A stretch of DNA of 64,000 bases from Amoebophrya sp. A120 (Eukaryota > Protista > Dinoflagellata). The position numbers and the translations under genes are program-made. The notes beneath the pieces are model-generated. The model was not told the origin of the DNA, made no database searches, and saw only the letters and a list, made by a program, of their open reading frames with translations. Below, one piece after another: positions 59,463-64,000 of this stretch. The stretch lies in the NCBI GenBank assembly GCA_905178155.1, contig CAJINV010000011.1, forward strand, positions 2,947,144 to 3,011,143, written 5' to 3'. Numbering within the stretch: the first letter of the stretch is position 1; every line of letters begins with the position of its first letter.

Positions 59463-61324
59463 AGTTGCAGCGAGGAGGCCCCGCTTGTCTTGCTGTATGC
59501 TATGGACGTGAGGTCTATCTGCTTAAATCAGCGAAGCCCCCTGCAAATTATATTACGGACAAAACTTTATTACTGCATATGTAAAATCTTCAAAATTGAA
59601 GTGGGTCAGCACGGACAAAACTTTATAGAAACAACTGAACTACACTTAGTGCTGGTGTTGAAGCATGTTTTTGCCGTCGGATCTGTCCTAGAGAACGCAG
59701 ACAGAGCTTCACAACCGCTGTTGCAGAGCCGAGTGAGAGCAGAAGGAATACATAGGGCAAAAACCAAAATCTTCCAGATGCGATACGATCTCACTCAGTC
59801 TCTAAGTCCATCAGAATAATGCTGCACACTCAACATAAGTTGATCTTTTATTAGGAAGAGACCCCGCTGGCGCTCGAGGCTTCATCTTCTTGCTCTTCAC
59901 AAATCACATGGCCACCAAGAAATTGAAATGGATCAGGAAATAAAGACCATTATCTAAGAAGTGTGATCGGGCTAATTCGAGATGCAGCTCCTGCTCGTCA
60001 CAAAAACACTTTGTTTTCTCCCTGCATCGTCAGTCTTCATGAACAGCAGGTGCAGGACATGCACACTCAACACAAGTAAAATCTCCAAAAGGAACACGAT
60101 AAAAACACTGAAGTCAATCTATTTGTGCAGATCTTTCAGCGCATGGACCTGCCCGTCGGGAATCACGGATCATCCGTGCGCCGGGCTGTAGTATTTCTCA
60201 ATAACGGCGAGCCATAAGAACAGCGCTACGCCAATAGCTTCCGAACTTGGTGACAGGGTCGCGCCCGCGCGGTAGAAAACAAAGCCCACCGAACCAACAG
60301 CCAGACAGGAGCAGGAAATGCCGCCGCGCTTGCCCGCCGCGGGTTGTCACGGCGCAAAACCGGGCGCCAGTCGCCCGACCGCGCCCGGGCAACCACTGCC
60401 GGGTCGAAGGCCATCAGAGAACAAACCCAAGCAAGTGGCTGGCGGGCTCGGCTGTGCCGGCGGAGAAGCACGCGCACGGACGCAGAAGCTGTTGCGAGCG
60501 CCGATAGGTCAAACGGCCGGGCAGGCTGCAATAGACATAGCGGAAGGGGGTGGGCCGAAAATAAGCAGTAGAGCAAGGCGGGCGGGGCGCGCGGCAGCAC
60601 TGTCCGGCCCATTTCCGAAAACGCGCCGCACTTGCAGCACTTGAGACGCGGCTCGGCTGCGTCGGGACGTTTTCAAACTGCCACTGCCCTTGTTTTGATC
60701 CACGGACGCGAGACAAAATCGCTGCGGGCGGGACACGTGGAGCCCGGTAGGAACCGACGGGCCGGCCCTGCTGCGCGCCGGTGCACAATGCTCCAAACCA
60801 CGCCGCGGGCCCAGTTGCTTACTTAGAGGTACACAATTTTCATACTCTTCTTCATACTTAAAAAATTCATATGCGCAGAAATCCAATACACCAGGACGGC
60901 CAAAAACACACGCGAAGGGCGCAGACGTCACACGCTGATCGGGCTACGACTTATTTCCGCCCAATGTGTCACGCCGCAAAACCAAGCCCGGTCCGGGGTT
61001 GTCAAACTTCGGCAAGCATGCCCACAACAGTTTAGCGGGCCCCCTGCGGCGCCACTAGAGAAAGCAAATACCGCCACAACAAGCAGTAAACACGCCACGC
61101 ACGCACATTTGTTGCGAGCTAGCTTTTTTGCGCTTTTTCGAGTGCAGCTTTCGGCGGTAAAGCTTGACGCCACAGCGGTGCGCAAGAACACGCGCCGGAG
61201 CCACAAAGGTAAAGCGCAATGCACAGGCGCCACGCAGGCCCACCGTGATGGCTCTCTCCGCTTGCACACGAACATGAGACGCTGCGCTTCGGCGTCGTGC
61301 TCAACCATGGAGCCAGAGGGAGCG

Positions 61325-61745
61325 GAAGCGCGCGCGAAAATGCGCGCGAAAATGCGCACGGAAATGCGCTAAAAATATACGCAGAGTAAGTGGCTCCATT
61401 TTTCGCCACCCATAAACTTGCTTCTTAGAGTGCACGGCATGGTCTATGTTTGCGCGCTTTTTCGCGCGCGCGAAAATGCGCAAGAAAATGCGCTGAAAAT
61501 TATGCAGAAAAAGTGACCCCATTTTCGACCACCCGTAAATTTCTTAGACTGCATGGCATGCTCTATGTTCGCGCGCTCTTGCGCGCGCGCGAAAATGCGC
61601 ACGAAAATGCGCTGAAAATTATGCACAAAAAGCGACCCCATTTGTGGCCAGCCATAAACTTCTTAGACTGCGTGGCATGGTCTATGTTCTTTGCGCGCTC
61701 CTGCGCGCGCGCGTTTTTTATCTATGTTTGCGCGCTCTTTTTCGC
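61325..61745. repeat. ~119-bp tandem repeat (~3.5 copies) rich in GCGCGCGAAAATGCGC
   Basis: Unit ..AAAATGCGCTGAAAATTATGC..CTTAGA.TGC..GGCATG.TCTATGTT recurs. Confidence 0.85.
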
Positions 61746-63590
61746 GCTTGTTTTTTTGCTGGAGCGCCGCGCCCTCCCGAAAGGCTCGGGCGTTGCGCTC
61801 TCGTTGTGCTCAAACACGGAGGCCAAGCACCGGAGCAAGAGACGTAGTGAGTTGCTGGTGGCGGACGTGTTCCAGCCGGGAATATCTTCGCCTACTAGCG
61901 AGCGCCACTTCCTGCGCGCAGCTTGAAGCGCGCGACCTTTTGGGCCCGCGTGCCTTTCTGCCAGCTTGAGTGCTGATAGTTCTCGAAACGGATTTGAGCA
62001 CGGGCACCGCAGGCGGGCGCGTTTGCGTTGCAGTCTAAAGGAGAGAGGAACCGCGCTCACGCAGATGCGAAGCGGCATCTCATACAGCCTGCCTCCGCAG
62101 GCACTCCGCACGAGCGCGCTCCGCGCTCCTGTCTATTTTTGTCGCGACGAGCCATCCAGAAGATGCGCGCTTCTGATTCTTGCATAACATAGACCCAGTT
62201 GGAGTCTTTTTTTCCGCGCCTCGAGCAGAGCATGCGAATTTTTTAAGTATGTTCTTGAGTATGTATTTCGTGTAGCCTTAACTTACCCAATACCCGAGCC
62301 CCCCCCCGTTGCGGACGCGAGCCCGCCCATATTCAAAGCGCGCCGCCCGCCGCGCAGGCCCCCGGCCACCCGTCCCGTTTCGCTTTGCAGGCGTACGGGG
62401 CCGCTCCAGATGGCCACTGCCCCCGACAACAGCACCCCCCGGGCGCCCGCGATGGGCTCCCGCGCCAACCTTTACTATCCCAGGGCCTGCTGTCGTCGAG
62501 GCTCGCAATTTCGCTAAACAACGCAGCCACTATGCTCATGAGCATAGGTCTGACCCACATGATCAGGCTTGGGGGCCTGCAAACCCTATCGGACCGCAGG
62601 CCCGCAATACCCGAGTGCGGGGCGCTCGTCTTGGGCTTGGTCGCCCTGCTCTTGAGCAGTTTGGGCACCTTGGCGACACTCGCGCGGCCCCAGATCGGCC
62701 CCGGCCCTTACTCCCTTCCTCCGGGAAGCGCTGCGCGCGGGCGCGCTTTGGCCGCCGGCCTAGCTGCGGGCCCGCTGCGAAATTTTGCCGCCTCGCCCAG
62801 CCCGTTCCTCGAGCTTGGTGGCCCGCGCGGCTTCGGCCCCGGGCGCGCCGCCCTGCTGCTCCGGCAGCGAGAGGACCCGCGCAACTATCAGCCTCGTCGG
62901 TTTCTTCCCTGCGCCTTCACGCCGGCTTCTATTCACATCCATAAGCGCAAGGATGCGCCAATCGCCCGTATCTGGGACACGGCGAAGCACTGAACGATTT
63001 TACTCACTTCGACGCGCGCCACCTTTCCAAGGAGAGCCTGAACAACGTCACCCACTTCCAGCTTGGACCTCTGCCTGACGGAGCTTGTTTCATCTCTATG
63101 GCAGATATGAACAAGTGAAGAAAGTGCTACGCGGCTGAGTCAAAATTTTCCATCTTTCTGTGGAATTCGGTTCTGAGACTGGTTCTGCAAAGAGAAAGAA
63201 ATTTAGTGGCGGAAAGAGCCGACAACAGGCGAAGCGGCTACTGGTCATATTTGTGTATTGAGGTCTACAACAAAAACTGCACAAAACGCAGCGCTTTGCG
63301 ACATTGACGACGATCCAAAAATACAATGACTGCTCTTGGGAACTAGAGGTAATGGTTGCAAAGCATGCGGTTCTTTGTATAATCAGATGATAAACTTGGA
63401 GAAGCAGAAGTCGAAGTAGAGAGGTTTCAGCTTATTACAGCAAGAGGCACAGCACAAAAATGTCGTCAAAGGATAAGTTCGAGGTGTACTACTTACGGCA
63501 AGGAACCGGACTTACTGAGACGTGATTCTGGCGAGTAAGTGAAACAGAAAATCTTCAGTCTCCAAAAGCCACACTAACATCTCCGATCCC

Positions 63591-64000
63591 CTAGTCGCAA
63601 AAGCAGCACTTCTTCGGGGCTCCCCAGCTGGCGTCGACGGTCCAGAGGAAGCGGTTGGGCGGTCCGATCTGCTTTTCCGTGACCTCGTAGCCGTGGCGCA
63701 AAAAGTACGCCACCACGTCGCGCTTGCACTTTTCGCGGTTTTGCACAAAGGCCTCGATCTCGTGGTCTTCCAGCTCCAGCTCGCCGCACAGGTTCCGGTA
63801 GCTCTGCAGGTCCGACTCCGGCTGGATCCGCGCGGAGCACTGCCCGCGTTCCTTGGCGTAGCGGATCCGCAGGTTCATCAGATCCACCATGTCCTTAAAG
63901 GCCCGCACGCGTGCCTGGTACGCCCGGCAGGCCTTCTGCGGATCTTCGGTGGTCACGATACCGCTACTCCCGCGGTGCTGCTGGTGCACCACGTTAACCT
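63591..64000 (-). CDS. 3' part of a hypothetical protein, cut by the window edge, ending KKCCFCD
   Basis: Open frame with GC3-rich codons on the gene strand. Confidence 0.6.
   Translation of the reverse strand, partial: VNVVHQQHRGSSGIVTTEDPQKACRAYQARVRAFKDMVDLMNLRIRYAKERGQCSARIQPESDLQSYRNLCGELELEDHEIEAFVQNREKCKRDVVAYFLRHGYEVTEKQIGPPNRFLWTVDASWGAPKKCCFCD

Overview
Eukaryotic genomic DNA, most likely a dinoflagellate and probably an Amoebophrya-like syndinian. The evidence is an exact 21-nt dinoflagellate spliced-leader match at 1792-1812, genes all on one strand, and a mix of GT-AG and non-canonical introns. Every recognisable gene is on the minus strand: a giant Cys-rich PAN/apple-type membrane protein (4080-29777), a dual-specificity phosphatase, a secreted hypothetical protein, methylmalonate-semialdehyde dehydrogenase, a PAM2-bearing DEDDy 3'-5' exonuclease, a GH2 beta-galactosidase and a partial gene at the right edge. 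The dominant hidden structure is 35 short terminal-inverted-repeat elements (about 8 families plus 3 singletons, mostly 150-350 bp). Nearly all start TAT and end ATA, all have 5-bp direct repeats, and all interrupt coding sequence. Removing an element plus one repeat copy rejoins the reading frame, including catalytic motifs, so they behave as non-canonical introns ('introners'). Family A copies occur in both orientations, and all families share an internal TGTVATGC motif. They are themselves hit by later insertions: an 8.8-kb APE-RT-RNaseH LINE, a 162-bp poly(A) retroposon and another introner. Many ORFs in the supplied track are antisense shadows or introner read-through. All coordinates were read by eye and may be off by 1-2 nt.
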